Positions 1 to 13,697 of a stretch of 64,000 nt of DNA are shown piece by piece. The notes below the pieces were generated by a model. The model did not search any database and was not told the origin of the DNA. It saw only the letters and a list, made by a program, of their open reading frames with translations. The translations under genes and the position numbers were made by a program. Within the stretch, counting starts at the first letter, position 1. Every line of letters begins with the position of its first letter. Source of the stretch: Selaginella moellendorffii (lineage: Eukaryota > Plantae > Lycopodiophyta). The stretch spans positions 1,426,894 through 1,490,893 of the forward strand of contig NW_003314280.1 of the NCBI RefSeq assembly GCF_000143415.4, read 5' to 3'.

Positions 1-79
1 ACAGCTTCACCTCTTGCTGGTGCTGGTGGTGCTGGAGCTGATGCTGCTGCTGCTGCTGCGGATGGAGCGGGTACGCCAT
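1..79 (-). CDS. 5' end of a gene running off the window (MAYPLHPQQQQQHQLQHHQHQQEVKL...), possibly VPS28-like
   Basis: ATG at 79 on the minus strand with an open Q/H-rich frame. It ends in EVKL, as at the VPS28 N-terminus. A telo-box-like CCCTAACCCTAA lies just upstream (~101-112). Only 26 codons are visible. Confidence 0.35.
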   Translation of the reverse strand, partial: MAYPLHPQQQQQHQLQHHQHQQEVKL

Positions 80-682
80 TTCTTCCTCTTCCGCGATCCT
101 GCCCTAACCCTAACACTCCACGAAGAGCCCTAAACTTTAGGACCGGCCATGGCCAAAACGTTTGGACCACACTGTACGGGTTATAATGGTGGTAGCTCCC
201 CAGTTCGCGTCGCGTGGGACTCCACAGACAAGGCACAAGCGGCCACTATGCGCGTTTTCGCGCATTTGTCGTACTAACACGACGCGCAGATGCTTGGGGA
301 AAAAAAAAGTGGCCACGCAAATAAAACTATGGACAATCCAATTAAAAGCGCGAGTAAACAGCCTCGAGTTCCCATGATCCCTGGAAGTTCAGCAATCAAT
401 CCTTGCTTTACTTTTCTTTGCTTTGCTGATTTTCTTGCATGCTTGCTTCTTGGTTGATGGACACCCGCCGCTCAAAGTCAAGACTCTCCACGATTTCTTT
501 TCTTTTTTGCTTGCTAGCAAGCATGCTTTGTTGACTAAAATCGCAGGAAGTCGCTGCTTTCGATCAGCCGATGCTAGTTGGATTCATTGGTAGCTGCTGC
601 AGCAAAAGGATGGAATTAGATTCTTCTTCGATTGAGTAGATTACCGGATCCGCCAGAGGGGAGAGCTCGCTCGGAGCTGGAG

Positions 683-2302
683 ATGGCATCGTACGAGAAA
701 ATCAGAAGCAATGGAGCATGGATTTCATCCAGACCTGTGAAAATTCTGCTGCTCATCTTCCTCCTGGGACCCCCTTTTCTCCTCATTTGCATTGAAACTA
801 TCGTCGAGCAGCAAGGGAGAGAATTGACTTCCACCATCCTGGACAAGCTCAGCTTCGATAGCCTCAGCAATACCACGAGCAGCAACGAGACTAGCACCAC
901 CAGCAGCACCAGCAGCAGCAATGTCACCACCAAGAACAATGTAAGTAGTGAAGACGATTGCCCCTGCCACAGTAGATGCGAGCAGGATTCCCTGCGGCGG
1001 CCATCTCGAATTCACAGTCTACCCCCGGCCCTGTCCACTGCATTGGCTGCGTACGAGAGGATGCATTCCAGTTGCTACCACTCGCGAGACTTGAGCAAAG
1101 CCATCCAGGCTCCAGATCCAAATGACCCCTGTAGATATCTCGTCTTCCTCCAGGACGGCAAATTCGGCCTGGGTAACCACATCCTCTCTCTCCTGTCCGC
1201 CTTCGTCTACTCCCTGCTCACCAACAGGATGCTTCTCGTCGACACGCGAAACCATATTCCCGAGCTCTTTTGCGAGCCTTTTCGAAACTCCTCCTGGCTG
1301 CTGCCTCCTGATTTTCCATACGATCGTCTGCTTCTAGCACCGATGCTTGCAGATGGCCTCAAACAGAAGTTCAGTTACGGCAGCACTGTCCACCTGATGC
1401 TGCTCAGCCAGCAAACGCCGCAAGAGCAGCTTTTCTTCTGTCCCGACACTCAGACCCGGCTCGAGAAAGTGCGCTGGATTGGCTGGAGCAGCAACCAATA
1501 CTATGTTCCCAGATTTTTCACGTTCCCACGCTTCTGGAGGCCTCTAGTTTCTCTGTTCCCGGATGTCTCCTTGATCTTCACGCACCTAAGTAGGTACCTC
1601 ATTCTTCCTCAAAACCCCGTCTGGGAGAAAATCCGTCGCTACCATTTCGCGTATTCGTCACTGGTTCCGGGAAAGGCAGTAGGAGTCCAGATTCGACGAA
1701 GGGAAAATGCGGAATTCCACGAGCCAACGTACAGACGGACCATGCAGTGCCTCGTTGAAAACGGTCTTGTGCCAAGCGTTTCAGAGTCCGGTCACGACAT
1801 CCCAGCTGACAAAGGCCAACACCAGTCAAGAAAAAACAGGACTAAAGTCTTCGTTACCTCGTTGCAAAGCAGGTACTACGAGGAGCTCCGGAATACATAT
1901 ATAAACAAGCCTACGGTTGACGGTAGCCTTGTACGGGTCCATACGATGTCACACGACGAAGTCGAGTCTCAATCTTACGAGCAAGTTCGCAACGCGTTGG
2001 CAGAGATGTGGCTCCTCAGCTTGAGCGACGAGCTAGTGACGAGTAGCTGGTCGACGTTTGGATACGTTGCGCAGGGACTAGGTGCGCTTCGGCCTTACAT
2101 CCTCAACATCAAGGGTGACTTCGGGAAGGACGGCCTCCCGGCATGCTCTCTCGGACAGTCTATCGAGCCCTGCAATCAGTTTCCGTTCAGTTCAGTGTGC
2201 GAAAGAAACGAAACCGCTGATTTGGAGCACAGCGAATGGATCAAAGCGCACATCAGACGTTGCCAAGACGAACCCAGCGGCATCCAGCTTATACAGGACT
2301 GA
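683..2302 (+). CDS. Xyloglucan galactoside 2-alpha-L-fucosyltransferase (GT37, FUT1-like), single exon
   Basis: Type II membrane anchor and S/T-rich stem. GT37 motifs GLGNHILSLLSAFVYSLLTNR, LFCEPF..SSWLLP, VGVQIR, ALAEMWLLSLSDELVTSSWSTFGYVAQGL and S.EPC. First in-frame ATG at 683. Confidence 0.93.
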   Translation: MASYEKIRSNGAWISSRPVKILLLIFLLGPPFLLICIETIVEQQGRELTSTILDKLSFDSLSNTTSSNETSTTSSTSSSNVTTKNNVSSEDDCPCHSRCEQDSLRRPSRIHSLPPALSTALAAYERMHSSCYHSRDLSKAIQAPDPNDPCRYLVFLQDGKFGLGNHILSLLSAFVYSLLTNRMLLVDTRNHIPELFCEPFRNSSWLLPPDFPYDRLLLAPMLADGLKQKFSYGSTVHLMLLSQQTPQEQLFFCPDTQTRLEKVRWIGWSSNQYYVPRFFTFPRFWRPLVSLFPDVSLIFTHLSRYLILPQNPVWEKIRRYHFAYSSLVPGKAVGVQIRRRENAEFHEPTYRRTMQCLVENGLVPSVSESGHDIPADKGQHQSRKNRTKVFVTSLQSRYYEELRNTYINKPTVDGSLVRVHTMSHDEVESQSYEQVRNALAEMWLLSLSDELVTSSWSTFGYVAQGLGALRPYILNIKGDFGKDGLPACSLGQSIEPCNQFPFSSVCERNETADLEHSEWIKAHIRRCQDEPSGIQLIQD

Positions 2303-2313
2303 TTTGTTTTTTG

Positions 2314-4232
2314 CTACTTGGCAGCGATGCAATCCAGTACTCTTCGGATGTCAGTAGCGGACGGATTTAGCTTCAATGCCTGCACAGTTTTGATAATCAC
2401 TGTCGATAAAACAATAAGTTTGCAGCAATACCTCCTTGAAGTCTGTGACAGCATCTTCAAGGTCTCCCAGGTGGCCGTTCGCACATCCTCGCCTTGCTAA
2501 AACACAGCTTTGAGCACGTCTATTCCATTCTTCGGAATCATCTGAGGCAGCTGCTCTCAGTAAATCCAAAGTGTCCATTGGGAGGAAATCCTTCTCCAAG
2601 GACATGAGTTTTGGAGCGGTAGACTGTTCGGCTTCAGTTTTGTCCTGGGCAATCTCGTTGTCTTGTCCACTTAAAAGCTGGAGTGCTCTTGTACAGTCAT
2701 TGATACAAGCTTGCATCTGGCTCATCTGCAAGTAGCAGGCTGCTCTGTTTGCACGAGATCTGTGCTTGTTAAGGAGCGTATCAGAGTGATGAAATGTAGA
2801 AAGGATACAAAAACAGTGAAGCATCCTTTTGTATGGCATCAGAGTACGCATTGACCGCACTTCTGAAGTCTCCAGCGCTGCAGTTTCACAAACAAAAGCC
2901 AATGCAGGCGTTACAAATTAGCTTTCCAGAAATACCTGTAGAATTTGTCGCCTTTGTCTTGCAGAAACAGTGGTTCCCTGAAGGTAGAATACTTGCAAGA
3001 TTACAACTAAGATATTGAGAAAAGAGCACCTTTCCGAAACATCAATCGCGTCATTGGAGATGGGAGCATGCTTTATAAGTTGAAGTTCTTTCTCTGACAA
3101 GCCATAGTTAGCATTATACCAAGCGGAGTCATAATGTACCTCTACTTTCACGCGCTGGAAGATGATTGGGAAGTGTTTTCTTCGTAAATGAAATGTAAAC
3201 TCGAAAGCCTCTTCGAGGAGCAGGCAATAATCTTTCTCCAGGTTTCAATGTCGCAATTTTGGCAGAAGCTAATCGTTTGGGCTCCAGTTTCTGAACTGTG
3301 TTTGCCTCGTCAATCTTTCCTGAAGCTTGAGTAACGTTATCCCATTCAAGCATAAAATCCTCCTGTTTACAAGTTGTAAACCCCTTTTTAGAATCACCAG
3401 CGGACAACGTTTCGACGTCATGCTGGCTGTTCTCTCGTGATACACCTTGTTGCCACGAGTTTAATGCATCCTGCGCGCAAGGCAAAGGATTTTTTGATAA
3501 TCATCTTCGAGACTTTGAGAGAACTTACACGTTCTTCTTTCAGCTCCGCTTCTTTCCTTCCCTGAATGGTTTTTCGCCTGGCCTTCGAAACAATGTTCGA
3601 GTGATGTTAGTCTTTGCAGTAGCGAAAGTAAGAGGAAGAAGAAACTTACATCTTCAAGCTTCATTTGGCTGCCAACTGCTAACCGTCGTATATGGGAGAT
3701 TTTTGCTTTGGCCTCCTCTTTTGTCTGCAGCAACAACGTTAAAAACCGCCCGTATAGCAGCAGCTGAAAAGGAAACTCTAACTTTTTGGGCATTCTCTCT
3801 CACGGCATCCAACGACTGCTGACGTCGCTCCAAGATAGCCTGCCTATCTCCACATCTCGTCAGCCTACCCCAAAGTCCTTCGGTCTTCTGCAATCCTGGG
3901 AAGAATAAATATAAAAGGTACCACTAAAGAACCAAATAATTACCTTGAACATGAAGAACTTCACCACCGCCTTGTCCAGCATAGCCGAGCTTTTCTTCAA
4001 ATCGATATCATCGTAGAGATCGGCTTGGAACAAGTACGGCGAGCAGTTGACTTTGATGTAGCAGTCTGTAGCTGCACGGTGAAAAGCCCAAGCAAGTTAA
4101 CTCCAACGAACAAACCAGAACAGACGACTTACTAATAATGTCGAGAGCTGCCTGTGACACGGACTGGAGAAAAACCTCGACAGTGACCCATGCTGGAGTT
4201 TCGCTCCACGAGTACGTCGGAGTGATCGGCAT
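2314..4232 (-). CDS. DNAAF4: Dynein axonemal assembly factor 4 (DYX1C1/PF23): CS domain, coiled coil and TPRs; multi-exon
   Basis: N-terminal CS domain MPITPTYSWSET...KVNCSPYLFQADLYDDID. Central LPAPRR.F.V.ISFT....HLPARES motif typical of DYX1C1. C-terminal TPRs (NRAACYL; LARRG...LGDLEDAVTDFKE|ALKLNP). The last exon ends at TAG 2314-2316. Confidence 0.85.
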
Positions 4233-4270
4233 TTCCGGAACCGATACCTAACTTCACGCCACCGGGACAT

Positions 4271-6691
4271 CTAACCAACGGTTGCCGCATATTCTTCTTC
4301 CCGAAAGCGAGAGGCTATGACCTCCCTCAAGCTCTCAGCGTCTCTTTCCACCCCAGCCGCAAAGTAGATGTTGGATAGAAGCACATAAGGCGACGGGTCC
4401 TCCGGGTCGAGCTCAAATATCCGCTCGGCGGCATACTTCCCGAGCTCCACGTTGCCTTGGAGCTTGCAACCACCGAGTAGCGTCATCCACGACATAACGT
4501 CCGGTTCCGCTGGCATGTCGAGTATGAGCGCGATCGCGTCGTTGAGCCGTCCCGACCGTCCCAATAGATCGACCAAGCTCACGTAGAGATCCAGCGTCGG
4601 CGTCAATCCATGGTCGGGTCCCATCGACAAGAAGTAGTCCCGGCCTCTGTCCAAAGACCCGGCATGGCTGAGAGCATGGAAGATGCACGTAAAGCTGATG
4701 TTGTCACCCTGTATGCCTTCAAGGAAGAGCCTGTGGAAAACGTCCACCGCTTCGTTGTAGTAGCCGTTCTGTGAGTAGGCCATCACCATCCCGTTCCACG
4801 AGATAACGTTTCGCTGCTGGTTGTTCTCGAAAACGTGACGAGCAGTGACTAGATCCCCGAACCTCGCAAACATGTTTACCAGAACTGTCCCGACGATGGC
4901 ATCGGTTTTCTCTAGCTCGTGCTTGCAGAGGTCCCGGTAAATTCTCCTTCCAGCCTCCAGTGAGCCCGATACGAGGCAGGCCGTGAGAACGTTGGTGAAA
5001 GTGATTGCATTTCCTTGAACACCTGCGCTCTTCATTCTCTCGTAGATGACGAGAGCCTCGGTTACGTCGTCTCCATACTGAGCGTAGGCAATGATGATCC
5101 CGTTCCAAGAGGCCTCGTCCTTGACAGCCATCTCCTCAAAGGCCTTCCTTGCAAGCTCCACACTCCCCAGCTTTGCGTACATCTTGATCAACGAGTTGTT
5201 GATCACAGCATCCGATCGAAACTCGCTTACGGCAATCTGTTCGTGGATCCGCCTGACTTCCTCCACGCTGGAACAGGCACCCAGTATGCTCGCGAAGATA
5301 AAGTCGTTTGGTCCCAGACCTTGCAGCTCCCTGCTCTGATAGACGTCGAATGCCTCCTTGTTCCGCCCGTGCTGGACGTAAGCCGCGATGATCGCGTTCC
5401 ATGACACGTCCGACTTGACGGGAATCTGGTCGAACAGCCGCTTAGCCTCGCCGAGCCGCTGGCACTTGGCGTACATGTTGATGAGAGCGTTCTGGACCGT
5501 GTCGGAAACCAGACCGCTCGCAGCAGCACGGCGGTGGACAGCCTTTCCCATCTCAAGGCTTCCCAAGTTCGCGCAAGCAGTGAGGACGCTAGAGAAAGTG
5601 CAAGCGTTGGGCTGCAAGCCTTCCAAGTCCATCTTCATCAGCAAGCCCAAAGCCTCCTTGTTCTTCCCATGCTGGATGTAGATCGAAACCATGACGGTCC
5701 AGGAAACCACATTCCTTCTCTCCATCCCCGCGAAAATCTCCTCGGCGTCGCGTAAGCTGCCACAGTTCCCATACATGCTTAGAAGAGCAGTGTCGACGAT
5801 CACATTGTGTGAGAGCTTACTTGCAAGAAGATGGCGATGGACGATCTTCCCGGTCTCGAGAGCCTCGCGTCCCAAACTCGCACAAGCTCCCAGGACGCTC
5901 GAGTAAGTGATGACGCTTCTCGCCACCCCCTGCGACTCCATCTGGTTGTAGACCTCGATCGCCTCCCAGCAATGCCCTTGCTGCGCATACGCAGCGATCA
6001 TACAGTTCCACGAGACCAAGCTCTTCTCGGCGGTGCCATCGAACACCGCCTTGGCCTCCTCGATGCTGCCACACTTCGCGTACATTGTGATGAGAGAATT
6101 GCTCGAGACTGTGTCGGGCACCAGCTCGTTCCTGGCGTTCATCTGCGAGTGGATCCTCTTCCCCTCCTCCAGAGCCCCGATCCCACCGCAAGCCCCCAGA
6201 ATTGTCGAGAATGTGAAGCGATCCGGTTCCAGATCCATCGTCTTGTAGAGATCCAGCGCGGCGCCCGGCAATCCATTCTCGACGTAGGCCGCGAGGATGA
6301 GATTCCAGCTGTAGACGCTCCGGCGCGGCATCCGATCGAAGACACCGCGCGCCTCGTCCAGGCGCTGGCACTTGCCATACATCTGGATGAGAAGCTCCGC
6401 GAGCATGATATTGGATGCGTACCCGGTGTGGCGGATGTGATCGTGGACGAGGCGGCCTTCGGGAAGGGATCCAGCGTTGGCGCAGCGCCGCAGAAGCGAG
6501 GAATAGGTCGCAATGTAGCTGAAATGGCTCACGTCCGCCGCTGCCTCGCAATCGAGCCGCGCCAGCGTGCTCGCCACCGAATCGTCGCCAATGCGGCCTC
6601 CTCCATCCAGCGGCGGGAGAGATTTTCCCCGCGGCGGCAGGAGGAGAGTGGAGGCGTGGGTGAGTCGGAGCTTGAGCTGCCTGGAAGCCAT
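4271..6691 (-). CDS. PLS-class PPR protein with E domain, no DYW
   Basis: 806 aa ORF with repeated MYAKCG / VSWN.MIAAY / FSSVL.AC triplets, and C-terminal LVDLLGRSG...WMTLLGGC...PYVLLSNIY. Confidence 0.95.
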   Translation of the reverse strand: MASRQLKLRLTHASTLLLPPRGKSLPPLDGGGRIGDDSVASTLARLDCEAAADVSHFSYIATYSSLLRRCANAGSLPEGRLVHDHIRHTGYASNIMLAELLIQMYGKCQRLDEARGVFDRMPRRSVYSWNLILAAYVENGLPGAALDLYKTMDLEPDRFTFSTILGACGGIGALEEGKRIHSQMNARNELVPDTVSSNSLITMYAKCGSIEEAKAVFDGTAEKSLVSWNCMIAAYAQQGHCWEAIEVYNQMESQGVARSVITYSSVLGACASLGREALETGKIVHRHLLASKLSHNVIVDTALLSMYGNCGSLRDAEEIFAGMERRNVVSWTVMVSIYIQHGKNKEALGLLMKMDLEGLQPNACTFSSVLTACANLGSLEMGKAVHRRAAASGLVSDTVQNALINMYAKCQRLGEAKRLFDQIPVKSDVSWNAIIAAYVQHGRNKEAFDVYQSRELQGLGPNDFIFASILGACSSVEEVRRIHEQIAVSEFRSDAVINNSLIKMYAKLGSVELARKAFEEMAVKDEASWNGIIIAYAQYGDDVTEALVIYERMKSAGVQGNAITFTNVLTACLVSGSLEAGRRIYRDLCKHELEKTDAIVGTVLVNMFARFGDLVTARHVFENNQQRNVISWNGMVMAYSQNGYYNEAVDVFHRLFLEGIQGDNISFTCIFHALSHAGSLDRGRDYFLSMGPDHGLTPTLDLYVSLVDLLGRSGRLNDAIALILDMPAEPDVMSWMTLLGGCKLQGNVELGKYAAERIFELDPEDPSPYVLLSNIYFAAGVERDAESLREVIASRFREEEYAATVG

Positions 6692-7254
6692 AGCTCCAGC
6701 AGCATTCTTGCAAGAACCCTAAAAATTAGGGCGGTCATTCTTTCCCCCCGAAATATTTTTTCGGGAGGGGGAAGAAGAAGATGGCGCGTACGCATTCGAA
6801 GTCAAGCGAGTCACATTCAAGAGGTACTCTCGATCGCTGCGTGCTTGCTTCTTGCGCAAGGATTTCCCTTGCGTTTTCTTCCTGCGCAAGAATTTCTCTT
6901 CTTCCTTGCGCTTTCTTCTTGCGAGATTTGAGAGAATTGCTCTACGATTTTAGCCAGCTCTTCAGCCAAAGCATCCTGTTTTATTCTTTCATCTCTCCAC
7001 TCTTTGCGTGTATCAGATGTTCGAATAGTTTGGAAGAGAACAAAGCTGTGACTTTTCTTTGTTCTTTTTGTTGTTCTTCTTTTCCTCTCTGTGTGTTTGA
7101 TTCGAACTTTACCACTACAAAACTTGTCGTGACGAGATCAAACTATGTACAGTTTCCTAAGGAGATCTTGCTGCCGAATCCAAACAGAAGAATCGATCCT
7201 ATCCAAGGCACTTGTGACTTTGACGTGGTACTTACGAACTCTCCTCTCGTGCTC

Positions 7255-7647
7255 TCACGGGTGCGGAATTCCTTCTGGAAATGGAGGAGGAGATCTTCTG
7301 GTGACGAGGAACTTCCCCGGCAGTGAATTCCCGACTGGATTCGGCCCCGATGGTACCGAGTGCAGCTTCTCGGCTTGGAAGTCACTCCCGCAGCTGCTGC
7401 TTCCTTCCTTGCATCTCAGGAAATGGTGAACAGGAGACTCGGAAGCTACGGCGACTTTGGCCTGGTTTTCATCTGAATCAAACCGAGGAACAAAAGGCCG
7501 GTTTTGTGAGGGATCCGCAGCGAAGGAGAACAAGAAGGAATGCTTACCTTGGACAGGAATCCGAGCACAGGACACTTGAGTCGGCTGGAAAACGTAGAAG
7601 CAACAGAGCAGCAGCATAAAAGCAGCAACTTTCTTCCAGCTCCTCAT
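7255..7647 (-). CDS. TDIF-like (H-type) CLE prepropeptide
   Basis: Signal peptide MRSWKKVAAFMLLLCCFYVFQPTQVSCAR and a probable 75-nt GT-AG intron (7547-7473). The 12-aa CLE box HSVPSGPNPVGN is at 7327-7362 (cf. TDIF HEVPSGPNPISN). Confidence 0.88.
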   Translation of the reverse strand: MRSWKKVAAFMLLLCCFYVFQPTQVSCARIPVQGKHSFLFSFAADPSQNRPFVPRFDSDENQAKVAVASESPVHHFLRCKEGSSSCGSDFQAEKLHSVPSGPNPVGNSLPGKFLVTRRSPPPFPEGIPHP

Positions 7648-9821
7648 GGTAAATACTACAGGGAGTACGCATATATGTCCAGTACTCGCAGAGGACGGCC
7701 AGCAACGCTTTTCACCACTGAAACTGGATGGATGACGGCGATCTCTTTCTAGCAATCGAACTGGCGCTGGGAAATACCTTCGAGTCTAGCGCCACTGCTC
7801 TGGAGGAAGTATTGGAAATTGCGTCCCGGGTGGATGGGAGCTCTACTTTGGAACAGCACGGGGGGTTGAAAATGGACCAGTAGCTCTGCGTGGTGTTGAA
7901 AAAGAAAGCGAAACGTTTTGAGAGCGAGACCGGGCGGAGCTGAGCTGAGCTGGTCAGTGACTTTGATGCGCGACGCTTGACAAAGAGAGCAAGAAATCGA
8001 ATCAAGCAGCCGCAAGGAAAAGTAACACGGCAGCGAAGAAATCTCCGCGGGGCTCTCGGGATTTATACTCATGACCGCTGGACTGGATCTCATCAGCAGT
8101 GTGGACAAGGAATGAGAAAGAAAAAGAAAAGCGAGAGTGATTACGCTAATCAGGAGGAGCCGAGGTGGTGTTAAGCGGGCCACGCAGCGCAGCGTCAGTC
8201 AATCAATCAATCAATCTGGGGATGGTAGGACTACAGTTCTCGAAGTTGGCAAACAAACAAGTCGACAATCAAGCAAGCACCAAGAAGAAGAAGAAGAAGA
8301 AGAAAGGGGGTGAAGGAAAAAAACGAAAAAAAAAGCCGAGCTTTGCCTGGAGGAAGGGGAAAGAATTGGGAAGGACGACGACGAAGAAGACGAATGGTGT
8401 GGTTTTGCAAAGGCGAGAGTGACGAGCGACGCAGCATCCGTGTCTCGTGCCACCCGACACAGCATGCGGCGATCGAGGACTTTGGTCTGGTTGCTTGCTT
8501 GGATTTGATCAATCCCCGCGGGATCGAAGAGAAAAGTGTGGGGAGAAGTGCGTAACGGGCTCGCCTTGCCGGTAAGTCTCTCGCAGCATTTGTTTAAGCT
8601 CGTGAAATCTAACGCCTTTGTTTTGCATCAGGAGAGGAGGGATTTTAATTGTTCTTCGCTGTCGGGATTAAGCAGCTGGAAGTTTGTTTCTTTTTCTGCG
8701 TTTCTCGGACATCGCTGATCAGGCTTCTCTTTAAATACTGGTAAAAATCTCTGTTTTTTTGGTCTTTGCGGAGCTCCAGAGAGGTCAGTCTCGTCACTTT
8801 GCTTCAAAGCTCGTTTTAAAGTTTAAACTTCTGGCATTGCTTGACACTTCCAATGGCAGGCTCGAAGGATTCGATCGAGAGAAGCGAGTCTTACTCCCTC
8901 TCAACAGGCAGGCAGACATGATCAAGAAAAAACAATTCTCGAGATCGCGAAGATAAATGGCCAGGCCCGTTTTCGAGCTTCTCGCTCGCTCGTTCCAGCG
9001 TCGATCTCACAGCAAGTTTACGGAACTCCGGAATCTTTCCCTGTTCCCCATGGCCAAAGGACAACCTTTACAACGAGGGCCGCACAACGTTTTCTCGTTT
9101 CGTGAAGTCTTTGCTCAACAAAAGGTTGGCTGCGCTGTCAAAACAAAACCAACAAGAAGATGAAAAGCAGGAAGATCACCGAGAGCCAAAGCCAAAAAAC
9201 TTAGGTGCCTTGTCAAAGTGTAGACTTTCAGAGACGAAACTCCTTGTTTGTTCTTCGCTTCTTTTTGTTCCTCGTATTGGACTTGCATAAAAAAAAGTCT
9301 TTTTTCCTGCAATTTTCCTCTTTTGCTCTTTTCGGATCTTCAGCTTTGCGTGGTGTGCCTGCCTTGTAGCCAGCAAATGGGACCCCGTTGCCTGCTGTTT
9401 GCTCGCCTCGCCACTGACACACTGCCATTTTCCATATAAATGTGTCGCGAACGAACTCTTTTGCTCGCTGCTGCTCGTCCTCGCGCACAAATCCTTGGTC
9501 TGGTCCCTGTGATTTTTCCATCTCCCCCCACCCCCTATTCTCCATCAGTGTCACGGGCACGAGGAAGCCTTCCAGCAGCATGAGCACCACCACCACCACC
9601 ACCACCAAACTCTTCCATTATTCCAGCACGATTTTCCCTCTGCTCCAGGCCAAAAGAACCAACCGACGAGACGTTCGTGGAGAAAGCTGACGCACCAGTC
9701 CTGTTGTTATCTCGATCGCCCAAAGTCCCCCGATCGATTGAATTCCCCATGTGTGTGCGTGAAGATCTTTCTTTGCGTTCTGACTGTTTGTGAACTTGAT
9801 CTGAACTTCCTTTTTGTGTTC

Positions 9822-13205
<3,384 letters not shown>

Positions 13206-13697
13206 TTTCCTTTATCTCCTTCACCAAACTTAAAGCATTGTATCAACTTGTACCTGCATAGACGACTTCCACGTACACCTACTCTTCAAGAACAAGAAAA
13301 ACGAGCTTGGAATCCTTCGCCTTCATCTTCTCCATCGCGAACAATGCCTAAGAAGAGAAAGAAAAGAGGAAAAAGCGTCAGTTTTTGCAGCTACCAAGTC
13401 ACGAAGCACTCACAGATCTTTTGGGCTCGCAGTACGAAAAGAGCATTCCCAGTTGCGCCCCCAGCATAAAGAATCTCACTTTCCAAAATGCTCCACAAAA
13501 GTCAGTTTGCCACTCCTCCTTTTCTTGAGCGCGAGGCACTCAAGTTTCACAGGCTCGGCATGCTGGTATCTGCCAAAACTTAAGCCCCAAATAAGAACTT
13601 TTTACTCTTCCTTCAATGGTATTCGGCCACCTATACCTGAGAAAGATTTCTTCCCTTCTCGTTGGATCTTGTCTTCGCAGATATTTTTCTCTGCCTC

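Noticed and set aside
248-265. Palindrome ATGCGCG-TTTT-CGCGCAT containing an E2F-like TTTCGCGC
   Set aside because: Too short to support without functional data.
5817-6931. Long alternative-frame and antisense ORFs (298 aa, 366 aa) over the first PPR; similar ORFs at 14223-14999, 36158-36850 and 54963-55835
   Set aside because: By-products of high GC codon usage in PPR genes.
7749-8183. 144 aa ORF with hydrophobic N-terminus upstream of the CLE gene
   Set aside because: GTG start; the hydrophobicity comes from a CT-rich tract; no peptide motif.
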